This document shows positions 1 to 13,681 of a DNA stretch of 64,000 nucleotides, piece by piece. The stretch spans positions 137,764,001 through 137,828,000 of the forward strand of contig OZ024741.1 in assembly GCA_964016885.1 (NCBI GenBank). Reading direction: 5' to 3'. Position 1 is the stretch's first letter, and each line of letters starts with the position of its first letter. The position numbers were made by a program, and so were the translations under genes. A model generated the notes under the pieces. It was not told where the DNA came from and did no database searches. It worked only from the letters and a program-made list of their open reading frames with translations. Origin of the DNA: Eledone cirrhosa. Its lineage: Eukaryota.

Positions 1-996
1 AGTGTTTGAAAACTCTAACCCCACGATCCTCTCAAGAAGAAGAAGAAGAAGAAGAAGAAGAAGAAGAAGAAGAAGAAGGAGAAGAAAAAAAAAGATAGCG
101 TCGATACACTCTTGGTCAGTTTGTATAAGCATTTGCATGCCTATACCTGACCAGTTCTCTCTCCCTATTTTCTCTACTTGCAGCATCGCCGTCCTGTCCT
201 CGATTCCAGCAAGGACAGACGCGATCAGCCAAGGTATGGGCACGTCAGATGGGACCTGGGTCACTTTGACCCTCACAATTTTCTGCCCGCAGTAGGAGGG
301 CATCAAGACTATCTCCTCACTCTTTAGGGTTTCCAAAGAGTGAGACTTCGCTTCTTGGGGGGTGGCGAAAAGTACGTCTACTGTGGCATACTTTCTGCCT
401 CGGGTAATGTGGGTTTTGCGCGCCCAGACGCAACCCAAAGCCTTTTGGATTTGAGCCTCCGTGGCTCTCTCCACCCGATGTGACATTTTGCTTACGGTGC
501 GGTAAGTCACCGTCCCTAGCTGCTGGTCCTTGAAAAAATCGGGTGGAGGTTTCAAGGAAACTCGATTGGCGTTTATTGTCACCAGGGCCCTTGCGACTGC
601 CATCTCCTCCGCTGTGACTAACACTGTTTCGATATCTCGGGGGACACCTGCAAAAGAAGTGTTCCTTTTTTCAGCAGCACCACTATTGCTGCTACTGGTC
701 TTGCTGGTGGTGCTGAGATTGCTGTTACTGGTATCGATGTCATTGTTGATGTTTTCGTTGGTACTGTTGTTGTTGTTGTTGGTGTTGTTTGTGTTAGAAA
801 TATTTGGTAATTTTAAATCTGTAACAATATCATTAAAAATGATATTTTTCCTCTTTACCTTCGTAATATTTTCTTTTATATTTACCTTCGCTAGAACGCT
901 GTCTTGTTGATATGTTGACACAGTCTCCCTCTCTCTGTGTTGTTTGACAGCATTCTCTCTCTTTCTTGTGTTATCGATGTTGAAATATTTTTTTTT
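1..996 (-). mobile_element. LINE ORF1 (gag-like, probably L1/Tx1 clade) remnant; frame runs off the window edge and is missing from the ORF track
   Basis: My translation of the minus strand is stop-free from 996 to 1: Asn/Ser-rich linker, then ...GTVTYRTVSK...RGRKYATVDVLFATPQEA...LMPSYCGQKIVRVKVTQVPSDVPIPWLIASVL..., resembling RRM-type ORF1 of Tx1-like LINEs. It merges into a poly-T/(CTT)n tract at about 95. Confidence 0.5.
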
Positions 997-1136
997 TCAA
1001 ATAATATTTTTACATAATACGACACCCCGTAAAGAGGTGCCGTTTTATTTACGAGTGAACCCCTGTATTGGGTGGGTCACTTCTTCTAAACTTTTATCAA
1101 TTTTAAAACTTGAATAAAAGGTTTAGAACGGTTGAA

Positions 1137-1201
<65 letters not shown>

Positions 1202-1222
1202 GAAGAAGAAGAAGAAGAAGAA
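1137..1222. repeat. (AAT)n-(AAG)n microsatellite
   Basis: Visible trinucleotide tracts; a second (AAG)n tract lies at 34-85. Confidence 0.95.
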
Positions 1223-1928
1223 GGAGAGGAAGAATAGTTATTATACAAATCATGTTCACCTTAAATTTAATTGGCTGATAGCCAACATATGAAACGAAAA
1301 TTTAAAACATTGTGATTTGTTTTTGTAAAATTTCATAGAATTTAGCCGTGACAAACGTCAGATACGTCAAATATTTGGCAAATATCCTAAATAGATTTAA
1401 TGTTCAAAGACACAAAGACAGTTTGATAATATGGAGATATTCATACGCACAAAATACTCATGTATACATATGTGTGTATACGGTCATTGGACGTATTTAT
1501 ATTTGTATGTATTTATGTCTGTATATATGTCTATGTCTGTCTATGTATATACACATTTATACATACATACACACACTTACCCCCCCCCCCCCCTCATATA
1601 TATATATATATATATATATATACTTACGCATATAGGTATATATCAACTAACACTCCGGCAGACACAAATCACAAATGTATGCATATATGTATGTATGTTC
1701 TTCTGGTTTTATAATTTCACAAAGTTTTACCAATAGAGAGAGAGAGTCGGTTGCTAACATAGATACAAGTCTCTCTCATTGGAATTTACACAACATCAAC
1801 TTGGTAGATTATGTATGTATGCATGCATGTGTAGATATGGATGTTATTGTATGTGTGGATGTGTATGTTTTGAGTTGTATGTTTGCATGTGTATATGCTT
1901 TGCATCTGTACATGTGTATATGCAGTTA

Positions 1929-2120
1929 TTAGATGCAACATTTTTGGAATGTTTTACATATTTTTACTGTTTCATTAATGGATTGTACTTGTAATTTCCT
2001 AACTAGTTGTGTTCTTTCTGTTCCTGTGAAGCCCAGCTTCTTAAGATTTGTATTGAGGTAGTTACTAACATACCCCAGTGCCCCAATAGTCACAGGCATA
2101 AATCTGAAGGTGTAATCAGG
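1929..2120 (-). mobile_element. 3' end of R4/Dong-type non-LTR retrotransposon (RLE C-terminus)
   Basis: DYTFRFMPVTIGALGYVSNYLNTNLKKLG...LQVQSINETVKICKTF; the PxxIGALG motif is typical of restriction-like endonuclease C-termini. Confidence 0.7.
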
Positions 2121-2139
2121 GTGGATGTATGTATGTATG

Positions 2140-2650
2140 TCGGGTCCCTCTTGAGTGCTACTGGTAACATGTAACCCAATACAACCTCTCACGTGATCGA
2201 GTCGTCGTCGACTAAACCGGCAACCCCACCAAGTTTACTTGGGGAGGAGGGGGATTTTTTTTGGACACCCTGCAGGACAAAAAACAAAACCTGACAAAGG
2301 TCGGAAGAACTCATAAGAATCAACGGCCATCCGAAAGTGTGTAAATATGTACTGGGAGTGAAGGACCCCTAGCCTTTGTCATGACATTCTTCTAGGAGAA
2401 GACAACTCAGGAAACTGGGATAACTCCGTTATAAAACCTGCGGCTCAGTAGGTATCGATGATGTTGATCTTTTCTTCTTTTCGGGTTATAGTTACTGTCG
2501 CTCAGAAAGTGGGATTGGCTCAGTGCACAGACTTTCCTCACTTTAAAAAATATCTTCACGCACAGGCATTGCACGATAGAATTAATTAATAATTATTAAT
2601 AATGGTATATCGTGCAATGGCCACACTCGATAACAAGGCTGCAGCCATCA
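2140..2650 (+). mobile_element. Non-coding ~500-bp interspersed element, copy 1 (resembles a LINE 5'-UTR)
   Basis: Colinear with 3041-3470 (ACTAAACCGGCAACCCCAC, TTTGGACACCCTG, CTGGGAGTGAA, GCACAGGCATTGC, CTGCAGCCATCA), followed by (TGTA)n. Confidence 0.6.
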
Positions 2651-2661
2651 TGTATGTATGT

Positions 2662-2945
2662 ATGTTATCTCTTTCTCTTAATTTTGAGTATATTTTGTTT
2701 GACCGGCCACCTTCCTGGTGGCAAGTTGTAAAAGAAAAGAAATTGTCATCCCTTGAATCGCAAGAATGTTTTGCGAATTTTGAAGGTGCCAACTATCGCA
2801 GCCATTTGTAGACTATGAATTAGGGAGCTGCGCTTTTTGTCCGCAAATCCAAGTTCAGTCATACTTTGGTCCAAGGGGGTAGCTCCAATAATGATGGGTA
2901 TGAAGCTAAAGGTGTATCTTGGATACTGGATTTGTAAACTCCTAT
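2662..2945 (-). mobile_element. 3' end of second R4/Dong-type retrotransposon
   Basis: RSLQIQYPRYTFSFIPIIIGAT...LQMAAIVGTFKIRKTFLRF, homologous to 1929-2120; (TACA)n tail. Confidence 0.7.
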
Positions 2946-3040
2946 GTATGTATGTATGTATGTATGTATGTATGTATGTATGTATGTATGTATGTATGTA
3001 TGTATGTTTATATGTATGTATACATACATACATACATACA

Positions 3041-3470
3041 GTACCACCTGCCTTCATAATCGGGTCACCGGCAACTAAACCGGCAACCCCACTAAACTTA
3101 CTTGGTGAGGGGGGTGATATTTGGACACCCTGTGGAATGAAATACAAGACCCAGCAAAGGGCGGAGGAACTCAGCAGAGTCAACGGTCATTCAAATAGTA
3201 CTTTTTTTTTTCACCTGGGAGTGAAAGACATCCCAGGTGTTGTCACAACACCTATCTAAGACAGGAAAACTCTGAAAAAGAACCTGCGAACTCGGAAGCA
3301 TCCGTTGATGTTGACCTGTTCACCTTTTCGGGTAGTGTTTTCGATGCTCAGAGAGTGGGATGGGTCGAGAGCAAGGCCTTTCTCCACTTAAAACCTTCAA
3401 AGCACAGGCATTGCTTGTTCAGGATCTGTTACAAGAGATTGCAATACTCTTAGCAGAGTCTGCAGCCATC
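3041..3470 (+). mobile_element. Non-coding interspersed element, copy 2
   Basis: Diverged colinear copy of 2140-2650 with the same 3' terminus CTGCAGCCATCA, flanked by (TATG)n. Confidence 0.6.
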
Positions 3471-4150
3471 ATACATGTATGTATGTATGTGTGTGTGTCT
3501 GAGTGGGTTTGTGTATGCACCGGTGTACAAATATTTGGTGAAACATACTATATACATTCACCCTCGAAAATTAAATAAAAGTCTCTACTTTGATTGCAGC
3601 CTTGTATATCTTTTGGCTGTGACTTTAATATGCAGTGGTAAAACTGAGATGAACCTGTAATTTCAAGGTCCAGTCTTGTCGGAATTGTGTCCTGCTACGA
3701 GAATTGCGTTGACAGTGCACCGATCTGTGAGAAGCCCAGTTTTTTGCAGGTTAATTTCTTGAATATATAAGTAGTTCCTATGTTAAACAAATGCATATCT
3801 CGCCGTCGGAACCGACGTGTATTCGACACAATAAAGTTACATACCTATACACATGTACAATTCCACGGAAAAAAATAAGCACATGCTTATACGCACATAA
3901 ATATCCACACACAATAACATGCACATCACAAACATGCACTCACACATTTCCTGTCCAATTTCATTTGTAGAGATTGAAAAAGTTGGCTCTCCAAGCCAAC
4001 GAAACGCACGTTCTGGTATGGCACCGCTGTACTAATTGGCCTTAATAATTATATTAAAAGTTCTCCTACAGAATCTAGTTGCTCTCTATATCAGATATAT
4101 TTACAAAGTAATTATCACTCTATATCCAAATACATATATATATATATATA

Positions 4151-6193
4151 TTATGTAGAAATAACTTCATCAAACGAATTAGATGGAGATCGTTCTTTTT
4201 CGACCACCCTGATGTAGTATCTACCAATAACGAGATGTACGGCTTTAAATCTAATAAGGCTCCACCCACCAACAGCCTACTTGAACCATTTGAAGAAGAC
4301 CTCTTTCAAATGATCAAAAATATTAAATTCAGGAAAGTCAACATACCTTTCCAAACTGACTTAAAGGAGAAACTTCTGAAAATGAAAAGTTCCCCGTACC
4401 TCCACGTCCCTTCAGACAAAACTAAAAACACTTATGCGGTTATTCCCGACACCTACAACAAGCTTGCGGATAATGCCATCACAGCAAAGTACAAAAAAGT
4501 TGATGACACTACTTTGACTGAAACAAACATAGCCGGAAAGAAGATCGCCACTTCCCTTAAACTGGAAGACCGGACAGAACCTCTGAGGGTAAAGTCCCCA
4601 CACTTCACCCTGAAAGACCACAAGAACAACTTTGACAATAAACCGTCGGTCCGGCTGATTAACCCGACCAAGTCTGACATAGGATCCGTCAGTAAGAAGA
4701 TCTTGGACAGGATTCTACCTAGACTACGTGCTGCCTCACCCCTCCCACTCTGGAATAGGACATCAGAGGCAATCACATGGTTCCGGGACTTGCCGGACAA
4801 AAGCAACACCCGCTTCCTGCAGCTAGACATCGAGGATTACTACGCCTCCATATCAGAGAGCCTGCTGATTGACGCGATTAACTTCGCCAGGAACTTAACC
4901 ACTATTACCGAAGCCGAGCAGGAAGTGATCCTCCATGCACGTAAGACCTTTCTTTACCATGACAGATCCCACTGGATCAACAAAAAATCTGAGACCCCTT
5001 TCGATGTTAGCATGGGTGCTAGCGACTCAGCTGAAATTAGTGACCTTGTGGGTCTGTTCATCCTCCACAGGCTGAAGACCCTCTTCACAGGCCTCTTCGG
5101 CGGTCTCTACCGAGATGACGGCCTCTTTGCCCTCCACAAAATCAACCTCAGGACCACGGATGGGTTCAGGAAAAACCTTCACACCTTCTTTAAAAACTTA
5201 GGCCTTAGGATTACCTTAGATTCGAACTTAACTAAAGCTAACTTCCTAGACGTTACCCTCGACTTAGAAACTTCCCTTTACTACCCGTACCACAAACCTA
5301 ATGAATCCCTTAGATATATAGACGTTAACTCTAACCACCCCAAAAATATATTAGACAACCTAGTAAAAAGTATCTCCATTAGGATATCTAGCCTCGTCGC
5401 CAATGAAGATATCTTTAGAGCAGCAGCCCCCTACTACAACGAGGCCCTGGCCCGCAGCGGCTTTAGATATAAGATCACCTACCTTACTATAGCCCCACGC
5501 CCACCCAGGAAGAAGAGGCGAAGGCACATTAGCTGGTACAACCCCCCCCCTTCAACCGAGAAATTTCAACACCTGTAGCTAAAATTTTCTTCACTCTCTT
5601 ACAAAAACACTTCCCCACCCAACATAGGTACTATACTATCCTTAATAAGAATACCATTAGACTCTCTTACTCTACCACACCTAATCTAGCTAGAAACTTA
5701 GCCAACAACAACATCAAGAAGCTAAATAAGTCTACTTTTTCCGAAGCCCATCCAGCAACCGATAGCAACTGCAATTGCCCTGATAAGACGACCTGCCCTC
5801 TCAACAACAACTGTCTAAAAAAAGATCTCCTGTATATATGCGATGTACTCTCAGGCCCCGATGAAAAAAGAAACTCGTACATCGGGATGACTTCTAATAG
5901 TTTTAAGACTCGCTGGTACGCCCACACACATTCGTTCCGGCGCCCAGACAAATCTAACCAAACTACACTCGCCGCCCACATCTGGCACATAAAAAGGAAC
6001 TCCATCGCCTTCAAGACCCAATGGAGACTACTCCAGAGAGCGCGATCATACACGGGAGGCCATAATTGCTGTGACCTCTGTATCTCCGAGAGCTATGAGA
6101 TTCTATTCGCCAAAGGCCCTCTCCTCAATAAGATCTGGGAACACTCCCCTAATTGCATGCACAAGAACTATGCAAATTACAAAAACTACAGAC
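4151..6193 (+). pseudogene. PLE reverse transcriptase plus GIY-YIG endonuclease, single frameshift in C9 run at 5542-5550
   Basis: FIKRIRWRSFFF N-terminus; VRLINP, LQLDIEDYY, VSMGASDSAEISDL, GLYRDDGL, FLDVTLDL. After the frameshift: WYNPPFN...LSYST, CNCPDKTTC (CxCx5C), YIGMTSNSFKTRWYAH, CDLC..E. Confidence 0.92.
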
Positions 6194-6889
6194 CCCCCCC
6201 CCCCCCCGGCCCCCCGACAGCCCCCCCCCCCCTTTTTTTTTCATCACCCCACCCCCGCTCCCATCCCATTTCCGTCCCTCCATCTCTCATTATTACCCTC
6301 TCTCCTCCCCTCTATCTCTCATTATTACCTTCTTTCCTCCCCTCCAGGTCTTATATATTGTGTTGTATGCCTCTGAGTAAAGTTCCGTGGCCGCACACAC
6401 AAATTCACGTATATACCTGCTCATGTTTGCATACGTGCAGTTATGAACTGTTGCACGCACACGTTCATGATTTATTTATCTATTTAACTGTATATTTATT
6501 TATTTATTTATTTATTTACTTAGTTACTTTATTTACTTATTTATTTATTTATCCATTTATCTATTTATTTGTTTATTTATTTACTTATTTACTGGTTTAT
6601 TTGTTTATCTGTTTGTTTGTTTGTTAGTTAACTCTTTCATTTATTTATTAATTTATGAGCGAATGATTAGGTAATGAATAGATAAGGGATAAAAGATAGG
6701 TAACGAATAGTGATTGGTAAATAGTAAGTAATAAATAATAAATAGTAATTAATTACTTGATGATAATATTAATAACTTAATAGTGACATTAATTATTTTA
6801 TCCTCTATCAGGCCCAGTTTAAAATTTAAAATTTAAAAGTATAATTTGTCCCACTACCTTTATACTATAGACACTTGTATGAGTGCGAA

Positions 6890-7081
6890 CGAGTGCGTGT
6901 TTGGGCATATGCGTTTATGTGTACTTATTTGTATGTATGTATGTGTATGTATGTATATATATGTGTGAATGTATGTGTTTGTGTGTGTGTATGTATGTAT
7001 GTATGTGTATGTATGTGTGTGCATATGTATGTATGTGTATGTATAGTATAGTTTACACAAGAGAGACATGCGTACATGTAG

Positions 7082-7155
<74 letters not shown>

Positions 7156-7339
7156 ATGTATACACATATATGTATATATATGTATATATATGTATGTGTA
7201 TGCGCACGTGTGTATGTGTAGATATATATGTGTGTGTATGTGTACGCGTGTGTGTGTGTATATTTGTGTGTTTGTGTTTTTCTTGTGTATATATGTATAT
7301 ATGTATATATGTGTGTGTATGTGTATACACACACATATA

Positions 7340-7392
<53 letters not shown>

Positions 7393-7428
7393 ATATGTAT
7401 GTATATGTGTGTGAATGTGTAGGTGTGC

Positions 7429-7512
<84 letters not shown>

Positions 7513-7590
7513 ATATATGTGTGTGTAAGTGTTTAAATATGTGTGTGTATATATATGTGTGTGTAAGTGTTTTTGTATGTGGTTGTGAGT
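6890..7590. repeat. Compound (TA)n/(TG)n/(TATG)n microsatellite
   Basis: Visible low-complexity tract that generates many spurious ORFs. Confidence 0.95.
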
Positions 7591-8041
7591 ATGTAAATAT
7601 ATTTTATTTATTCTTTCCATCCTACAAAAACACTCTGGCCACCTGTGGCTTGTATGTTAACTTGACCACTCACCCCAGTCTGTGCCATGATTCGGTCTTG
7701 TTAAATGTTTAATTTCTATTACCAACCCACCTAAATTTCCCTACTATATATCTGTTGAATTACTGTTCTTGGGGTTCTTATTTATTTATTTTTTTATTTA
7801 TTTTTTTTATTTATTTTTTATATATTTTTATTTTATTTATTTATTCTTTTATCTATTTATTCATTTATTTATTTATTTACTTATTTATTTATTTCAAAAA
7901 AGCACTCTGGCTAATTGACCACTCCCCAAAGAAAAAACGGCCTGTGCCATGAAGTGGTCCTGTGTATCTAAATACCCCCCTTCCACCACCCTCCCTTAAC
8001 ACTACCTAAATGTATAAATACCAGAACTTAATTTGACACCC

Positions 8042-8092
8042 AGCTTCCTGAAGATTTCATCTGAATGAAACAGTACTAGTCCTGTAGAAGCT
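8042..8092 (+). ncRNA. Type I hammerhead ribozyme in PLE1 3' pseudo-LTR
   Basis: agcttc-CTGAAGA-t.ttca.tc.tgaa.t-GAAA-cag(tactagtc)ctg-TA-gaagct: 6-bp stem I, GUA cleavage triplet. Confidence 0.8.
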
Positions 8093-8178
8093 CCTTCTAT
8101 AAAATAAAAAAAATTTACTCTGCCATGTATTGAGTACCCTTCTTACTGTGGTTATCCCCGACTCAACCCGGGACCTAC

Positions 8179-8239
<61 letters not shown>

Positions 8240-8689
8240 AGGAATTCCAACTTTGTCTGATTTACTCGCTTAATTTACAATCCTTTAAAATTATAATGAT
8301 ATTATAATGAAATAGTATGTTAGAATATTAAATGTTACGTGTTAGTTGAACAAGAACTTTCATATTTTCGCAATCTTCAGGTTCACATTCACTGGTGACA
8401 GTCAAGTTTGCAATTTTCAACAGTTGAAAAGAGATTATGCAATAGTGATTGCCTAAACACGAGAAATAAATTCTTCACACGTCTCGAAACACCTCTTACA
8501 TAACTACCAAGCTCCGGATTGAATCACAACGACATCCTAATTTTCTTATCAACTAGAAACTTTTCGAACTTTCGCAGTTATCTCTCTTACACCTCTCGCA
8601 CGGTTTTTAGTATTGCCTGTGTGAAGTGACGGTTTCTGCGCATGCGCGTTCGTACGGTTGTCCTTCCTGTTCCGTATAACCATGTCCAT

Positions 8690-8732
8690 TACGAGCTGAG
8701 GATCCGCTAAGGTGAAACAATTGTTCTCAGTA
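8690..8732 (+). ncRNA. Minimal type I hammerhead ribozyme
   Basis: tacgag-CTGAGGA-t.cc.gctaa.gg.t-GAAA-caattg-TT-ctcagta; palindromic stem III. Confidence 0.7.
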
Positions 8733-8824
8733 TGGTGAACTAACTGTTGTGTAACCACATCTACCTAACTCGTCCCATGGACTGAGTGCTCTACCACTAC
8801 GGATATTACCTTCCAGTGTTCTAC

Positions 8825-8890
<66 letters not shown>

Positions 8891-8894
<4 letters not shown>

Positions 8895-9470
8895 TAGAAT
8901 TGGAGCTCTGAAATAGCAATATATATATGGATGTATATATAATGTATTTTGCAATACACTTTATGCTTAATTAAAAGCATTTTGAAGACCGTAAGCTATT
9001 GTTTTAAAGTAGTGACAACTCACTTACTTTGATCTCAGCAAACAGGGGAGATAAGCCGACAAGTCTTGTTTCGCTTTGGTTGAAGCTTATCAAGGCCAAC
9101 TACCCCTCCTGTCTACCGAGATCACTGATGTTATATTCTTATAGAAATCTAGTAAATAATCAGGAGCTGATTATGCAGAGCGGTTGTTGGTCAGGCAGAA
9201 ATTAAAAATTAGAATTGGAGCTCTGAAATAGCAATATATATATGGATGTATATATAATGTATTTTGCAATACACTTTATGCTTAATTAAAAGCAGTTTGA
9301 CAAATTCACTTACTTTGATCTCAGCAAACAGGGGAGATAAGCCGACAAGTCTTGTTTCGCTTTGGTAAAGTAAGTGAATTTGTCACTACTTTAAAACAAT
9401 AGCTTACGGTCTTCAAAATGCTTTTAATTAAGCATAAAGTGTATTGCAAAATACATTATATATACATCCA
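8891..9470 (-). mobile_element. HHR-bearing non-coding ~315-nt unit (retrozyme/solo-pLTR-like), locus A
   Basis: Direct repeat 8891-8979 = 9206-9294 (period 315); partial third copy 9300-9365; inverted fragment 9366-9470; flanked by (TA)n; homologous to 26806-27264 and 50875-51243. Confidence 0.75.
9054..9097 (-). ncRNA. Type I hammerhead ribozyme, U3:A8 core variant
   Basis: Reverse complement: ggcc-TTGATAA-gctt(caacca)aagc-GAAA-caa(gac)ttg-TC-ggct; stem I extends via acagg.../...cctgt. Confidence 0.75.
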
Positions 9471-9802
9471 TATATATATATATATATATAAAAATATATA
9501 TATATATATATACATACATTCATATTAAAACAATCGAGATGAAACAAGAGTGTATTTGAATACATATAAAAAGGAGAAAACTCATTGCTAGAGCAGTCGT
9601 TAAAACAACTAAATGCTGTCAAAGACAGCGATGGGCAAATATGCCTCAGAAGACAGAGACCAGCAAATAGTGTTCAACAGAGAGACAATGCACAAGGTGG
9701 GTGACAGGCAGACGAAATGTAGAAAAGACTGAAAGAGGAGGAGAACAAGGAAATATACATACATAACTTTGGAGCGAAAGGACATGCGTAAGAACGTATT
9801 GA

Positions 9803-10010
9803 TATAGGCACAAGGCCAGCAATTTGGGGGGGGAGAGGAAAATCGACTAAGTCGACCCCAGTGCATGACTGGTACTTCATTTTATCGACCCAATAAGGAA
9901 GAATGGCAAAGTTAACCACGGTGGGATTTGAACTCAAATCATAAAGGGCCGTAACTCTATGCTGCAAAGTATGGCGGCCGACTCCATACCGATATTGCCA
10001 ATCAACCTAC
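9803..10010 (-). mobile_element. tRNA-type SINE (family A)
   Basis: GGCACAAGGCCAGCAATT...CTGGTACTT..TTTATCGACCC...GGCAAAGTTAAC...GATTTGAACTC consensus, shared by more than 10 copies in the window. Confidence 0.8.
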
Positions 10011-10192
10011 CTCACCGTATTAAATATGATAGGATACAATTGATTAATAATTGAACGATTGTGAGTCACAATTAAAACTTGAGTTAACTATTTTTGTACT
10101 AAAGTTTGCATCAGTGGAATCCAGCTCATGTGGAAAACAATTTGGTCAGAATTACTTGTCCCATATACATAAAAAGCTGGCCTATTGGATAT

Positions 10193-10320
10193 AATTGTTT
10201 CTACTTTGGCACAAGGCCAGCAATTACCCAGTGCATTACTGGTACTTTATTTTATCGATCCCGTAACGATGAAAGGCAAAGTTAACCTCGGCGGGATTTG
10301 AACTCAGAATGGCAAAGCAA
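10193..10320 (-). mobile_element. SINE family A, 5'-truncated
   Basis: Same consensus as 61968-62155. Confidence 0.8.
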
Positions 10321-11072
10321 CTTGAACTTTGCGTCAAAGCAACTTGAACTTTGACGATTTAAGGTCTATAAACTAGCTGTCAAATATTGAGATCCATTAT
10401 TCCGCTACCCACTACATCCACATTTTCTTTCCCAGGAAGAAATCAACTGCATAAATTGAAGTCTTCCAGGTTTACATGCCCAAGACACGCTGTCTGTCAC
10501 TGCGATACCCTTACGACTCAATCCGGATTCAAAGGTCCATGGCGTATATATAAAAAAAGATGAAATATTAAGAAAAAAAGTTTTTCGATAGAAGGATCCT
10601 TGAGTTTAGATATTTTTCAAAAGATAGATTTCTAAAAAGAAATTTTTATTAAAAATGCTACTCATCTATATTGAGAATCTATGAATACATTGATACGTGA
10701 AAACTAGTCATTAGTGAATGGAGAGTTGATTTAAGATTCTGTGATTAATTAATTTTATTCCTGGATAAGGTTTATAACCAGCGGTATAATTAATATATAT
10801 TATCATTTATCTATATCTTTTGCTAATTGACAATCTGAAAGTCAAATAAATCTCTACTAGTAATATGATATGATTTACAGCATAAGTAGAAGCTAAACTA
10901 CCTTTCCATCATTTAGCCAGCATCAGTGAAATTCAGACCACATTAACCTATGTCTACTTGTCAGTGTAAATCATCCCTTAATTCCTAATAGAGTGCCAGG
11001 ATCACCATAGTGATATTTTAACCTTGGTGGCCATCCATCTGCAGGTTTGATCATACCCGATTTTTCCACACA

Positions 11073-12786
<1,714 letters not shown>

Positions 12787-12790
<4 letters not shown>

Positions 12791-13180
12791 GAGATCATAA
12801 ATCATGGCTTGGATGCTGCAGGATTCTTCTCACACCTCGAGTTGGACCATCTTGCCGTTCTCCGGTGGTAAATCCCTAATCTGGGACACCACATGCAGCC
12901 TGGTACAGTTTGAGACAAAGTCAGGCTCTGCTGCACTTCAGGCCAAGGAGGGTAAACTCTCCTAATATCGGTCGCTCTCCGACATGTTTGCGATCAAACC
13001 CGTAACAGTGAAGACTTCTGGTGTCCTCGGCACTAGGACCACTTCCCTACTCACCACCATCGGAATGGAGTTGGCTACACGTAGGTGTGAGCCTCGCGAG
13101 TTGAACAGGCTCTTCTAACGCATCTCTCTCAACATCTGGGGAAACGCTTTCTCTATTCTGTTCGCCGTTACTGCGGGACG
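12787..13180 (+). mobile_element. Degenerate CRE-clade retrotransposon 3' fragment
   Basis: Nucleotide similarity to the reverse complement of 41660-42130 (GGCTTGGATGCTGCAGG, GACTTCTGGTGTCCTCGGC, CTTCCCTACTCACCACCAT), with internal deletions. Confidence 0.7.
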
Positions 13181-13471
13181 GCCAACGCGCAGGCTCTCGT
13201 TTGCGTATAACAGTGAGAGATTAGGAGAGGGAGAGAAACGGAGGCAGTGAATAAAAGAGAGACATCAACGCACACTCACACACACTTGATAAGACAACAA
13301 AAGATGTTATTTTGAAGTGGAGATTCTGTACACTTCCATAGCTGTTCTATTATGCTTTTAGTTGATATGAAATAATGAATGTATGTAGATGGACATTTGA
13401 GTAAAGACATCTAAGTGTCTTGGTCAAGAGCACAACATTATATATACATATCGATTATATTAAAGCTGAAA

Positions 13472-13665
13472 GGGCGGTGGATTGGCACTATCGGTAGAGG
13501 GTCGGACGTCATTGCTTTGACTTATTGAGTTACGGCCCTTGTCATTCTGAGTTCAAATACCGCCGAGGTTAACTTTGCCTTTCATCCTTACGAGGTCGAT
13601 AAAATAAAGTACCAGTAATACACTAGGGTAATAGCTGGCATTGTCCCAAAAGTAGAAACAATTAT
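13472..13665 (+). mobile_element. SINE family A
   Basis: A-box-like TGGCACTATCGG, B-box GAGTTCAAATAC, family body. Confidence 0.8.
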
Positions 13666-13681
13666 ATTAAAGCTGAAAAGT

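Larger units (their letters stand above)
4151..8180 (+). mobile_element. Penelope-like element 1 (Hydra-clade-like), near-intact
   Basis: RT-EN ORF followed by a long microsatellite-rich 3' region ending in an HHR-containing pseudo-LTR; bounded by (TA)n at about 4134-4151 and from 8180. Confidence 0.85.

Noticed and set aside
530-910. Hydrophobic 126-aa plus-strand ORF
   Set aside because: Antisense shadow of the Asn/Thr-rich minus-strand LINE ORF1 frame.
6860-7712. Many long ORFs ([18 protein letters not shown]) here and throughout the window
   Set aside because: Translations of (TA)n/(TG)n/(TATG)n/(GA)n/(GAT)n microsatellites that simply lack stop codons.
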